Assembly (NCBI GenBank): GCA_905178155.1
Contig: CAJINV010000003.1
Span: 7,187,612-7,251,611 of the forward strand
Direction: 5' to 3'
DNA length: 64,000 nucleotides
From: Amoebophrya sp. A120
Lineage: Eukaryota > Protista > Dinoflagellata
Position numbers and translations under genes: made by a program. The stretch's first letter is position 1. Each line of letters opens with the position of its first letter. The notes beneath the pieces are model-generated. The model had not been told where the DNA came from, did not search any database, and worked only from the letters and a program-made list of their open reading frames with translations. Positions 38,101 to 50,444 of the stretch are shown here, one piece after another.

Positions 38101-39034
38101 ACTCCAGGTATCGCAGGAGGCGAAAGATAGGCCACCCGCTGCGCGCAATACGGTCCCAGCCCACGCGACGAAGCAGTAAGGTTTCCAGAGCGAAGCCATC
38201 TTCCCTACCAAGCTGCAGCAGTAGTCGCAAAGCAAGATATCCGAGTACGCACGTAGGTGGTGAAGACGATTTCGACTGTTGGACAAGTAAACCCAAAGCG
38301 TTCATCCCCCCGCGCCGGCTGTAATCGTTCATTTCCTCCTGAGCCTGCGGTTGGTCTTCTTCACCAGCGAACGAATGTGCACTGATGTCATCTCCGGAAG
38401 ATGTTTTGCCGTCGATAAAATCCGAAGAGCCCCCCTCCCCGCGAAGATACAGTTCCACCCCGGTTGTGTTGTCAAGTAGATGCGCAAAGTCTTGCACAAC
38501 GTCCTGCATCGAGGACTGTCCACTCATCGCGGAAAGTAGGCGCTTTTGCAGTCGCATCCAGTCCGGGAGGCCGCCGCACGTGGGATTCTCAAGCGCATTC
38601 ACCAGTACCGGGGACGAACGATTTCCACAACCTGGTGCACCGTCTTGGTAGCCAATCATCAAGCGAAGCAGTAGCCAACCAACTTGCTCTCCCACATGGC
38701 CGAAAAACACATAGAAGAATGAGAAGACCAAGAGAAGAAACAACCTGGCCGTCCACAACAGAACGCCAGCGCTTTGCGTTCTCATCCGCTTCAATCTCCG
38801 CGCGTGCACGACACGTTGTAGCAGCAATTCTCGTCGCCCGAAGTTGTAAATATTAAAGTTGGTTCTTTCATGTTGTCTCCATGATCCTCCTGGCGGAATG
38901 TTTCCTCCCGGAACTGGAGAAGGAGAACACGTCACATCTTTAGAGTACTTCCTGCGAAAAAAGTGCGCCGGTCTGGGTTGCTCCGCAACAGAGCCTGTGC
39001 CCCATCCCAATCCACCGCTCCTTTTATGTATCAT
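35109..39034 (-). CDS. Glycosyltransferase family 90 (CAP10/POGLUT-KDELC-like), type II membrane protein
   Basis: FDLVLNHGDMP, DILFP, KAFWRGTD, PDLFDVAF, FVPLDEQ, YALDLPGNGYSGGLKQKL..SLVL and YEHYHLGL...EH.LP match the GT90 pattern; N-terminal hydrophobic segment. Ends approximate. Confidence 0.8.
35921..36098. mobile_element. Introner, family D
   Basis: Starts TATCCTGTGCAAAAGCACTCGTATAAAT, ends GTGCGATACTTTTGCATGATTGCATA; removal +5 gives RGSPRREFLRQ. Confidence 0.88.
37616..37869. mobile_element. Degenerate introner-like intron
   Basis: TATGCAA...TTTCATA; flanks CGAAG/CTAAC; removing 259 nt gives NPCTLAAAFVALAW. Confidence 0.7.
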
Positions 39035-40530
39035 GACCGATGTTGCGCTGTCACGTGACGAAGCATCTATCCCACCTCCTGCTGAAGCTGTGCCTCACAT
39101 TCTTGTTTCTGCGCGAGGGCTTTTCCAGTACTAGCAAACGGCTTTCGACGACTTCAGGAAGAAGAGTGCCTCGCACTTTATTCGGACTCTGACTCATTTA
39201 TTTATTTATTTGATCCACTGACTCTGACTCATGAAGATCAATATCATAGGCGCCAGTACCTTCGATCATAGGCATCTTCACCTATCCAATTTATTCGACC
39301 CGTGTAAAACGGTCGTGGAACTGCAAGAAACCAATGAATATAAAGGTGTGCTGCAGCTGCGCAACGAGACCAATTTCGCGATGTTGTTCGTTGAAAGAGC
39401 AAGAGGGAACAAAGCGCAAATACCATTAATACCAGCAAAAGAAAAAGAACAAAAATCGACTTAAGCCTATAACTCCGATTCACAGTGTTTAAGAAAAGGA
39501 CCCGAGAGAGGACACAACTGCTATTTTTTCAATTATCAGAAGAACTGCAGGCACAATACTAGAAAAAGAGACCAGTGTGTGACAAGTCTTAGACTTAGAC
39601 ACACAAATAAAACAAATAGATCCACCAATTTTTCTCATACTGAGCAGCGCTTCAGATGAATGAAATGGGAATACAAAATTATTCAAAGTTGAAGATCGGC
39701 GCCATGAAGCAAGCGATGATAGGTACTCTGGAAGGTTCGAAAAATCCTCTGCCGATGCGGAAGTGCAGAAGCTGCACGAACACCATTCAAGAAAATTGGA
39801 ATGGTGCAGCGCTAGTTGATGCCGTCGACAGGAATTCTATTTTTTTTTTTTCGTCCTGCGTTCTTTTTATCAGTTTCTGCAGACAAAAAAGCAAACTGCA
39901 CTGATGTACCTGCAGCTTTAGCCCCGGTACGTGGTCAACTCAAATGCTTCATGAGCAGCTAGCAAAAGTAGAGCATGGTCCGATGCTGACGTCATTCTAT
40001 GGTGTGCGAGTAAAGCTAGAGAGCAAGTCGAAACACCGCAGCAATACCAAACACCCCGCCGACCGAAAATTAATATCTGAATACGCTGGTGCTGTCGTCG
40101 TGGAGTTCCTCTGGGTCTTGTTGTATTTCCTTAGCCTCCCTAGTATCACCAAGGGGCACAGAATCATGTTAGAAGGGTAGGTTAGGTCGTACAGCTGGTA
40201 CCACGATACAAGCAGCTGTATTTCGTCGCTGCGAAGAGAGATATGCCCGCTTTTAGGCTGGATTAAGTAGAGGATTTTTTGCTTATTGGCTAGCAGCGAT
40301 GTCTGGATTTCACTTTCGTAAACTCCCGGGCGGGACAAACCTGCACCAGCACAAGCGCCTGCTGCTCGTCCATTTTAAATAAAATGGGCGTCACGCATAA
40401 ACTTAAGAACTACTTTTTTCATATTCAAGCATGGTAAGTATCAAAAATAAAAAATAAAGAACAATATGACAATGACTGTCATTTATTTTACTACTTTTCT
40501 TATTCCCACCTTCTGTCGTAGGTTTTATCA

Positions 40531-40971
40531 CTATAGGACCAGAACACCTAGGTACCATAAGACTCCTCCTACAGCAAGAAGACTTCCGAGAATCAATGCG
40601 GCGACGAGTGCAGGCGACTGCAGCCAGCGCTGCAGCATTTCCGCGATTCCCCAGCTGGAAGAGCTAGAGTGGTGGTCCGGGACCGGGCCGGACAGGAACC
40701 CCGGTGCCGCCGGTCCACCAGGAGGCGTGGCGGGTCCAACCGCCCCGGCGTAATAGTCATGTGCTCCGCCCGGACCCGCTCCGACTGCCCCTGCATGGTA
40801 AGCCGATGCCGGCACCGGCTGCTTTGTGGAAAGGAAAACTACAAGAAAAGCGTCCCCGGTGGGTTGATCACGTTCACCTTCACGATCAGAAGTGAATGGC
40901 AAAGTCCCTGAAGTACACTCTGAACAAACTTTCATCAGTAGATTGGACAAGATGTGAGCCACGTGGTCCAT
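40531..40971 (-). CDS. Small Pro/Gly-rich protein with C-terminal transmembrane segment
   Basis: 146-aa ORF ending LVAALILGSLLAVGGVLWYLGVLVL. Confidence 0.45.
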   Translation of the reverse strand: MDHVAHILSNLLMKVCSECTSGTLPFTSDREGERDQPTGDAFLVVFLSTKQPVPASAYHAGAVGAGPGGAHDYYAGAVGPATPPGGPAAPGFLSGPVPDHHSSSSSWGIAEMLQRWLQSPALVAALILGSLLAVGGVLWYLGVLVL

Positions 40972-41534
40972 GACCTCTCACGTAACCGATACGCGTACTT
41001 AGAAACGGGTTTTCATGTGGTCAATGTCGCTGGTGGGAAAGCGCAAATGCAATTGCATGTTGTCAACAAAACTCGACCACTCTTGATTTTCTGATTGTGA
41101 TCTCGTGACGTGCTCCTCTTCTTAGCCTTATTTGCCGCTTTCTTGCGTCCCATTTTCGTAAGATGGACAGCAGGTGCAGGAAAACCGGGGGGCCCCGCAC
41201 TACCGCTATTACCTTCATTTAAATTCATTCGCTACATCAAGTGGGCAGCAAATTTATGTCACACTCACAGAGGACCACACAGTCTGTGATCCATTAACGT
41301 ATCTGACTTTATGTTGTTCGAGTCATGATCTATAAAACAGACCTCCCGCGAAGTCATTTCGACCGAATGTGACGAGGGCAACAGTTCATGTTCTCCTTTT
41401 GTTCCAGCCCTAATATCGACCAGGGTGTTTTTGGGCAACCGCCTTTTCAACAAAGAACTTTAGATAGTCGTAAACTCTAAATAAAAGGAGATATATATAG
41501 ATACGGGGAAACAGCAAGATGCGAAAAGAACCAA

Positions 41535-42308
41535 CTAAGAGTTAGAACCTGTACTACCTCTACCTGTCCAAGACAGCAGCGCGAGGAATAAAACTACGGC
41601 AGCAACTAGCAGCAGCACAACAAAGATGCAGCGTCTGGCCCTTTCTCGCGAGCGTTCCAGGGTTTCTTGTCGGGTTCTCTGCAGGCCCGCTCGGCCAGGA
41701 GAAGGTGGCTTGCGTGATACCGTGACGAAGGCTGCGGAAGGCTTTTTTATGTTGAGCGCTGCGTAGTCTGGACCGCCATCCGAGTCGCTGTTTATGTAGC
41801 CGGTTAAAGGTCGCTTCTGCTGTGAACTTGGTGCCCCGCGGCCACCGGTATCAACAAGTCCTGCACCTGCTTCACCTGCTCTTGCTCTACTTTTCGAGAA
41901 TGCAAATGGTGGTCTTCCAGTTTGCGCTCGCACCACCGCTGGTGGTGTCCCGGGGTGTCCGAGTAGTGGTCTTGCCTGATCTGTTCCTTCAACGTTGGGC
42001 GTGAAGGGTGATACGATTCTTCTTGGTCCGAGGACTTCATCCGCACTTCCGAACGCAGACACACCGCTGCCACGACGCGGGACGCGGCCACTGCTGGTCC
42101 TTTTGCCCTCATGCTTTGTTTGTGCGCTTGTTCGTAGTCGCTGCGCCGCCAAGTTCTTATTTTGTTTCTTTGCCTTCATCGCCTTGCGTCGATGATCTTG
42201 TCGACCGGAAGGAGGAGCTACGTACGAACCTGAGGCACTGCTTCTCGTGCTGGAATCCGATCCGCTCGAGCTGGAATAGGTTGCAATCCCAAGACAAAAA
42301 ATAAACAC
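41535..42308 (-). CDS. Hypothetical tail-anchored membrane protein
   Basis: 257-aa ORF; basic/Ser-rich, ending RRCIFVVLLLVAAVVLFLALLSW. Confidence 0.55.
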   Translation of the reverse strand: MFIFCLGIATYSSSSGSDSSTRSSASGSYVAPPSGRQDHRRKAMKAKKQNKNLAAQRLRTSAQTKHEGKRTSSGRVPRRGSGVSAFGSADEVLGPRRIVSPFTPNVEGTDQARPLLGHPGTPPAVVRAQTGRPPFAFSKSRARAGEAGAGLVDTGGRGAPSSQQKRPLTGYINSDSDGGPDYAALNIKKPSAAFVTVSRKPPSPGRAGLQRTRQETLERSRERARRCIFVVLLLVAAVVLFLALLSWTGRGSTGSNS

Positions 42309-42380
42309 TTGACCCCACTCAACAAAGCGAGTGTGAGGACGACGACATTCATTGCACGCCGAAGCAAAGCTGCAACCTCA

Positions 42381-42523
42381 TTTTCACCCGCCCAGCCGGG
42401 TAGGTGGAAAGTGGGACAGAACCACGATCCGGGCCGACTGGCCGGATCTTGCTTTTCTCCGTTCGCGTACGCGTGGATCCGGTTCCGTCCCACTTTTCAC
42501 CCACCCGGCCGGGCGGGTGAAAA
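42381..42523. mobile_element. MITE-like foldback with 43-bp imperfect inverted repeats
   Basis: TTTTCACCCGCCCAGCCGGGTAGGTGGAAAGTGGGACAGAACC vs GGTTCCGTCCCACTTTTCACCCACCCGGCCGGGCGGGTGAAAA. Confidence 0.8.
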
Positions 42524-44367
42524 GTGGGATGACCACAAATCGTCTTAATTTGTTACCCCGCTCTAAGGGTCAAACTTCAGGACTGTGATCAATGTGGACG
42601 ATAGTTCTTGTACGCATTTTTCTATATTGCAATGTAAAATCTTCAAAATAGAAGTTTCGGTAGGTCACTGTACGCATTTTTCTATAAAAAAAGTGGCGCA
42701 TGAATGCTTTTTCCGACGAATATGAAAAATCATACGGGCAAATGAATGCCCTCTGCCCACACATGAGTTCGTTGAGAGTGCCAGGCTTTATTTGGTGGCC
42801 AGACCATAAACGAAGTTGCATCTGAAGCTCGTCTTTTCACACGGCGACTGCGTCGGCGTCGTCGCTTAGAACTGCCTCGTTGTTCTTTTGCGCCACCTTC
42901 ATCGGCTGACGACGAGCTGCTGTAAGAGCTCGACGAGGAGGACATTGAAGATAAAATAAGTACTTCTATGCGAGGACGAATCGCGTGCCTACGGGCTGGA
43001 AATAGAAACTGGCACAACTAATACTAAACTAACCTCCCCGCCTCGGTCATTAAGTAGCTCCACTTCGGTACCTGAACGAGGGCGGTTGCCTCAAAACCAG
43101 GTAGAGACAGGAGGTAGAGACAGCGGCCTCGAGGAAGGCGGCAAAAAATCACCGCCAATCTTGTATGCTAAACAACTTCAACTTCATCATGCTATGTTGC
43201 ATAGAAAAAGGAAGACAAAAAGAAAATCGAGCGGGCGACTGCAAGGAGAAACATCACAAAAGAGAAAAGAACATGATAACCGAGAAAACCGACATGAGGA
43301 CGCCACGATGAAGCCACATGATGGAAGTATAAAACACAAGTAGTGGCACACGATCAGAACAAGAACACCAAACTCACCAAAAAGCATACCAAGCAGTCCA
43401 TTTTCATGCTGCCAATGCCTCCAGACGTGGCTGTGGCATTATATATCTCTTGCAGAAACGAAGATGGCCATGCGGATCGATGCGCGGCCTTTGCGACTTA
43501 CTAATGTAATATCTAGGGCATAAACATTTGAACCTTCGTGGAATCAAATACGAAAACTTGTCTTCCAAAGATTAGGAGACAGCATCCTCGTCACAACGAG
43601 CCTCGACACAACGGTTAGATAGTACTTAAGTGCTTGTAGTTTTTAGGGCAGTTTTTCAGTTTCAAAGCGGCAAGGGGGGAAAGCATATAGCCAACTACAT
43701 ATAGAGCTAGGTCGTAAATCTTCATTGAAGGTGATGCGTAGGTGATAAAGATACTGGCGCTCGGATGCGCAGAACCTTGCTAGCTTGCAATGCTACGCGC
43801 GGACCGATGCTAACCTACACGCCCGGAGAGTTCGAACATACACAAAATTTGCGTCAGCTTGTAAAAGTGCATGTAGCAAATATGTTCAAACTATTTGAAG
43901 ACTTCGACCGCCCTGTCGACCTGTAGACAAAAGAAAAAGCAGTGTCAGCTTTTATTTCACGACCACCGCGTTTTACGTTCATCGAGGAAAAACAAAAATC
44001 ATAGTCGATATAATTATAGAAATAAATTTCATAAAAAATTGTAGTCGTTAGCTTCCAAAACTAGTTCTGCACTTTGTAGACCTTCTTGCTGCCGAACTGG
44101 GGAACTGCTTGCACTTCTTCAAAATTTGCTTTCCAAAAACTCCGGGCTAAACTCTCAACAATTCGTGCAGGTTCTCCATCATTAACACGAGCTGCTTCTT
44201 TCTTTTTTATCTAGGCAACGAATAAGTTCCCTGGATTAAGCATGAATAAGGTGCCTTGTTGTGCCAACGGCGTTATTTTTGTTTTTTCTAATTCGCACAA
44301 CTCTGCCTTTGGCAGACGGCTTTCAAGATGAACAAGATACTTATACGCCTGCGGCCCTCATTTTTTC

Positions 44368-45367
44368 TCATCGGCACTTCAATACTTCTTTTTCGCGTGT
44401 GCTGCCCAATATCATACAAATAGCTTGGTTATATAATTCTGCTGCTCTGGCTGCAGATTGCATCCCAAAGGAGGCCGTCTATGAACTGCAAAAGTATCGC
44501 ACTCGTATAAATGCATTACAAATTTTCTCAGCATAAGCAATGCTTACCTTAAGGAAAAGATTTGTCTTGCAAGTCTTGCAACATTTATACGAATACAATA
44601 CTTGCGCAGGATAGGTCGTTCGAAGATCTCGCAACTTCGCCTACTGCGGGCGGAGTATCTGCATCCGCATCTTCAGCTGAACTTAACAGAGACACATTCC
44701 GAGGACCACTAGCCCGCAGCTGCAATGCCTGTGCGACTGGTGTATCAAATGCAAAACTGTCTGGGTCTGGAAGAATGCGCGAATTGTCATGCTGCTTTTC
44801 CATGACCAATGAGGTCTGGAATGCAGGACCTAGCAAGACAGATTCTGTGCGATCTCTCTCATGCCTATCCTCCATGAGAAACTCTCTCCCGACTTGGTGA
44901 AAACTGGGCGACTTTTGGTAATCACGTAACACAGATTTTTGCGTGCTTCAGATTTAGCATGACAAGTTGCACTCTTCCAGACCCAGACATTTTTACATTT
45001 GATATGGTAATACGTTGTACAACCCGAGGACGTCGTGGCCCAAGGATGAAAACAAGCAAAGTATCCCACGAAAAAACTGTTTCACTGTGAACTTGTGATG
45101 CATGGAATGGAACACAAAACTATTTGTTTTGCTACACGACATGCAAGACGTTGGATCATTTTTCCGGTGTTTTCGCTTGGGAAGTGCGCAGGGCAAATTT
45201 TCTGTGCCATGTGTAACAAACTTGTGATGCAGATCTTGCAAAATCATCACAGTGAAACAGTTTTTTACTGCGATACAAAGTAAACCCGTACTAAAAAGAT
45301 AAGCCGCCACCGCCTTCACTTGGCTGCGATTTTTCACAGAAGCACGAAGATGAACAACCTGCGCCAT
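44368..45367 (-). CDS. Hypothetical small protein with three introners, inside the first cassette
   Basis: Removing the elements gives MAQVVHLR...YLFSTGLLCLFSSLGHDVLGLYNVLPVAQALQLRASG...; 3' end uncertain. Confidence 0.5.
44480..44613. mobile_element. Introner, family D (inverted relative to 19951)
   Basis: TATGAACTGCAAAAGTATCGCACTCGTATAAATGCATTACAAATTTTCTCAGCAT is nearly the reverse complement of 20046-20100; direct repeat poor. Confidence 0.85.
44743..45004. mobile_element. Introner, family C
   Basis: TIR TATCAAATGCAAAACTGTCTGGGTCTGGAAGA / TCTTCCAGACCCAGACATTTTTACATTTGATA; flanks TGGTG/TGGTA. Confidence 0.92.
45062..45275. mobile_element. Introner (family A-like internal motifs)
   Basis: TIR containing AAAAAACTGTTTCACTGTGA; perfect direct repeat CAAAG. 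Confidence 0.92.
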
Positions 45368-45788
45368 TCTGAATTTCTGTGCTTTTAGCTGACGTCCTGC
45401 CGGAGGTAGTGAGACAGTGTATTTTAGCCTGCTCCACCGCGGACGGTATGTAGTGAGACAGTGGAAGAAGAAGATGAAGAACAAGAAGACGAATAAAAAT
45501 GCAAATTCTAATATGGTGAAAGATGAAGTAGGTGACATTATATTTTCAACTTGTGGTGCGCGGATCCTCACTTGACTTCTTTGTTGTCAAAGTTCAAGAG
45601 GCAATAAGTACAAGTGACAGATTCTTCCATATGCATAACGTTCAAACCGGCGCGAAGCTTGGGAACGTCTTTCTCTTTGACGGCCTGGACGATCTCCTTC
45701 GGACCAATGTCGTAATCCGCAATGAGCCCCATCATCTTCTTCACCTCTTTCTCTTCCTGGGACTTCTTCTTTGCCGCTTTCTGCAGAT

Positions 45789-46437
45789 NNNNNNNNNNNN
45801 NNNNNNNNNNNNNNNNNNNNNNNNNNNNNNNNNNNNNNNNNNNNNNNNNNNNNNNNNNNNNNNNNNNNNNNNNNNNNNNNNNNNNNNNNNNNNNNNNNNN
45901 NNNNNNNNNNNNNNNNNNNNNNNNNNNNNNNNNNNNNNNNNNNNNNNNNNNNNNNNNNNNNNNNNNNNNNNNNNNNNNNNNNNNNNNNNNNNNNNNNNNN
46001 NNNNNNNNNNNNNNNNNNNNNNNNNNNNNNNNNNNNNNNNNNNNNNNNNNNNNNNNNNNNNNNNNNNNNNNNNNNNNNNNNNNNNNNNNNNNNNNNNNNN
46101 NNNNNNNNNNNNNNNNNNNNNNNNNNNNNNNNNNNNNNNNNNNNNNNNNNNNNNNNNNNNNNNNNNNNNNNNNNNNNNNNNNNNNNNNNNNNNNNNNNNN
46201 NNNNNNNNNNNNNNNNNNNNNNNNNNNNNNNNNNNNNNNNNNNNNNNNNNNNNNNNNNNNNNNNNNNNNNNNNNNNNNNNNNNNNNNNNNNNNNNNNNNN
46301 NNNNNNNNNNNNNNNNNNNNNNNNNNNNNNNNNNNNNNNNNNNNNNNNNNNNNNNNNNNNNNNNNNNNNNNNNNNNNNNNNNNNNNNNNNNNNNNNNNNN
46401 NNNNNNNNNNNNNNNNNNNNNNNNNNNNNNNNNNNNC
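45789..46437. other. Assembly gap (N run)
   Basis: Run of N. Confidence 1.
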
Positions 46438-46604
46438 CTACAACTCAAATACACCTTCACTCGCTCCTGGTTTAGGAATGCACAAGAACTGGTTACTATC
46501 CTACTCACAAGAACTGGTTACTATCCGCCATTGCAGGAGTGAAGATTGAGCAGGTGGTCGTGCAGTCAGTCTGGTCGACGAGGCGTTTATCTCTAGTACA
46601 ACTT

Positions 46605-47409
46605 CTACTTTGCCGCGCTGCCCTTGTTTCCGGCTCCTGCGTTTGTGGGGGATGAGGTAGACTTTGCTGCAGATGAAGAGGATGCTCCACCGCCCCTTCT
46701 CGGCGACTTGCTGCTGCTCTCGGCTGCTCCGCCACTACTTCTCCCCGCAGACATCAGCATGGAGTTCACCGTGGCCTCGTCGTCCTCTAGGAAAACCCGG
46801 TCGGTGGGCACCTTCAGCTTCAGTTTGTGCTTCATGAACCCGCGCACGTAGCTGCTGGCCAGGTCCCACACGTCGTGGCAGTCCGGGGACGTCAACAGGT
46901 TCACGTCCGCCTTCTTCTTGATTAAGAGGAGAAAAACCTGCTGGTCGAAGTTAATCGCAGCTAGGTGGAGCAAGGTCATCCCCGTGTCCGGGTCCCGCGT
47001 GTTTGGCGAGACGAAGGCCAGTATGAAAATGTGCAAAAGTCTGCTACTAGTATGTACCTCTTGCGTGGAAGAAGAAGATGAAGAACAAGAAGACGAATAA
47101 AAATGCAAATTCTAATATGGTGAAAGATGAAGTAGGTGACATTATATTTTCAACTTGTGGTGCGCGGATCCTCACTTGACTTCTTTGTTGTCAAAGTTCA
47201 AGAGGCAATAAGTACAAGTGACAGATTCTTCCATATGCATAACGTTCAAACCGGCGCGAAGCTTGGGAACGTCTTTCTCTTTGACGGCCTGGACGATCTC
47301 CTTCGGACCAATGTCGTAATCCGCAATGAATGAGCCCCATCATCTTCTTCACCTCTTTCTCTTCCTGGGACTTCTTCTTTGCCGCTTTCTGCAGATTAGG
47401 AGACAGCAT
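46605..47409 (-). pseudogene. Frameshifted copy of the ankyrin-repeat cassette gene
   Basis: Near-identical to 50445-51245 but with a 4-bp duplication (AATGAATG near 47325-47332); same intron at 47022-47241. Confidence 0.7.
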
Positions 47410-48164
47410 CCTCGTCACGACGAGCCTCGACTTTCTGAGAAAACAAAAACTATATCAGATCAGATCAGAATATTACCGTTTGGTATGCTCGCACTCGTTG
47501 GTGCGGCGGTGCAACAGTTTTTTGGAGAGAAACTCAAGAGACCCCCAGTGAAAGCTAGATAGATAGATAAAGAAAAAGCTGGACGGACTAGTGGAGAGAG
47601 AAAAGAGGAACGAGAGCTACAGTGAGCCACTACCTGTGCCTTGACTTAAGATGATTAAACAACGTTGATAAAAGGTAAAGGAAAAAACAAGACATACTAC
47701 GCCCTTGACTGAGAACTAGCATTTTTGTTACAATAATTATACTCGTTGGCGAAAAATACATTTTTAGACGGGGACCAGGCGAGCTGTACGAAATCTACTT
47801 TTTGAACCTTCTGTAGTGATGAGAGCTAGCTTTTTCGCGTACTTTTAGGACCATAGCATGCGGACCAGGCGAGACGTTTTTACTGGCTTACTCACGGGAA
47901 AGTTTAACTTTAGCGAGCGACGCTCTTTCTGTAGAACACTAGACCAGCCTCAGTTTCCTCTTTCCTGTAGCAACACGGCCCTCACGTCCGCTCGTTCGTA
48001 TATCTGCATATCGATGGAAAAGAACAGGCTGAACTCGCATATAGCATCGTGATTTGCTACGCACAAATCACTTACCGCGTGTTCATCCTGGGGGGCTTAG
48101 TGTTACCAAAGTTGCTCCGTCGTCGTGTGTGAGGGCCGTGTTGCGTGTGCGTCTGCAACTACTA

Positions 48165-49019
48165 CTACTGCGGGTCCGCGCGCGCCGCTTCCCGTGCAGC
48201 ACGCTGGCGCTTGAGTCTCGAATTCTGTTGGTCGCGGGTGCTGTTAAACTCGTCCCGGTACTCGATCGCCTGCGCCAGAGCCGCGCCCGGGCTCCCATAC
48301 GCCTCAGGCTTCAGCGTCTTTGTCGGGTGCCACATCTCACCTTGGTCGTCCTTCAGAGGCACTTTGACCAGGAGTTTTTCTTCTTTCGTGAACGTAATGT
48401 AGCGCGGGAGCACAAGATCTCTGACGCCTTCGATCAATTTCCGTTTTTCGTTCGCACGCACTAGCGGGTCCACGCGCTGGCGGCGGACAAGAGGGCGGGG
48501 AGCTTCCGGGGGGCGTCGCTGCTTCAGCTTTGCGGTGACCTGCTGCTTGAATTCTTGTACCACAGCCTGCTCCTTGATCTCACGCATGTGTACGAAGGCC
48601 AAGCGAAGACAAGAGAAGTCCTTGAAGCTCCAAACCTTACTACTCTTCTTGCAGCTGTCGCATCTGCACCTGACCCCTTTGAGCCGCTTCTCCTCCGATG
48701 GTTTGAGGCCCAGACGAAACGCGGAGCGGTATGCTGCTGGATCGAAAGTCGCTGGGGTGCATACGAAGTGCGGGAAGTCCTTCACCTCCTCGAGGATGTC
48801 GAAGAGCTCGTGGTGAAGCGCCTGAAGCAGCTGTTCTTCGACTGGGTGGAGGTCCGGCGTTCCTAGCCGACCCGGTCCCGGCAGAAGTGTGGACGCCGGT
48901 GTCGGTTGCCTATTCCCCAGCCCAGCAACGACGCGCTCCACTCCGATGTAGCGCGAGACAACTCCCAAAAACTTCTTGTCCTCCTGCCCAACCCTCCGAG
49001 CCCGCTGCTCAATGTTCGC
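48165..49019 (-). pseudogene. 5'-truncated AP2 (ApiAP2-like) DNA-binding protein fragment
   Basis: Frame is open from the repeat junction with no N-terminal ATG; WHPTKTLKPEAYGSPGAALAQAIEYRDE resembles the AP2 strand-helix motif; a second weaker AP2-like segment starts LKGVRC. Confidence 0.6.
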
Positions 49020-49543
49020 GATTAGGAGACAGCATCCTCGTCACGACGAGCCTCGACTTTCTGAGAAAACAAAAACTATATGGACTAGCTTTTCCGCCCT
49101 GCTGGTACCTGATTGAGTTATTTCATTTTGATACAAATTTGTCGTGCTGATCTGTGTCAGCACGTGATCCTTTCGCCGGAACACAAATCTTCCACAAAAT
49201 GCCCGCTGCTGGGGTGGTCGGGGCGCCGGAGTGCCTGGCTTATTCCTGTGCTGTCTGGTGAGTCACACCCTTCACAATGGCGAGAAAAGGTCCGAGTCTG
49301 TAGCGTTCGTAAGGTTCCAGTATTCAAAACGTGCTCTACAGCAGCGAGGCGTGCAGCGAGGACCACACCGTGACGCCCGTGCCACAGAGGTGGCAGCGAG
49401 GCGCCCTCCCGCCCGGCCACGGAGGTGGCCCGGGCCGTGCTCCAGTGCTCCACGGAGGTGGCTACACCGGGTGCAGCAGAGGCTGCATCAAGTCCAAGTT
49501 CGCATGGCTGGCGCCTCCACTCGGATCCCGCCGCCCTGTGGCT

Positions 49544-50090
49544 TTACTCCGCCATGCGAATCTTGCCGGCTTTGTCGCGTAAACAGGGTGGCTCTCGTAG
49601 GTGTTTGCGGTTCGTGACGTTGTGCGGAGGGCAGGCAGGGCAGACTTCCACCCGCTTCACGTAGTGTCTGCCCTGGTGCATGAAGAGGCTCCCGCTGGCG
49701 ACCTTCTCGGCCGGTAGTGCGGGTTTGGCTCCAGCGGTGGAGCTGCTGCTGTGCGTCGCGGCCTTGGTCTTCATGGGCCGGGACGTGGAGGGTGCTGGCG
49801 CGCTTGCCAACTGGAGGGCTGGTGCAACTCCTGGCGGCAATCCATGCGGCACTTTAAGGTAGTGCGGCTTCGGCACCGCTGACTTCCCGCGCTTGCTGAA
49901 GAACGGTTCGTCTTCCACTGGGTCCAGCGCTTCCTCGCACAACACACTGCTGCGCTTTCGCCCCTCCTGTGCCTGCTTCGCCGGCTTCCCCGGCTCACCT
50001 TCCGACCCGCTGTACTCCTGATCGCTCCCGCCTGCTGCATCCTTGAAGACGACGTCGCCGGAAAACCGCAGGTCGGCGGCCAGCTTGTAG
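49544..50090 (-). pseudogene. 5'-truncated GC-rich coding fragment with a CxxC..H motif
   Basis: Open from the junction (YKLAADLRFSGDVVFKD...) to VEVCPACPPHNVTNRKHLREPPCL; no N-terminal start codon. Confidence 0.5.
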
Positions 50091-50444
50091 ACGAAAACTT
50101 GTCTTCCAAAGATTAGGAGACAGCATCCTCGTCACTACGAGCCTCGACTTTCTGAGAAAACAGAAGATTTTACATATACGTAAACATTAAGTGGTTGAAG
50201 ATAAATCACATTTACATCACGTTCGAGCTATCTGTTTTTGCTTCCTTCAAACGAAAGCCGTCGCGCTGTCTTGCTCCCTACAACTCAAATACACCTTCAC
50301 TCGCTCCTGGTTTAGGAATGCACAAGAACTGGTTACTATCCTACTCACAAGAACTGGTTACTATCCGCCATTGCAGGAGTGAAGATTGAGCAGGTGGTCG
50401 TGCAGTCAGTCTGGTCGACGAGGCGTTTATCTCTAGTACAACTT

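Noticed and set aside
45532-46549. ORFs spanning the N run
   Set aside because: Artefacts of translating the gap.
10883-49546. Stop-codon reassignment (in-frame TAA/TAG at 10883, 34013, 49544), reported for one Amoebophrya lineage
   Set aside because: Gln- and Trp-rich ORFs of 840-1284 aa contain no internal stops, so recoding is not general here.
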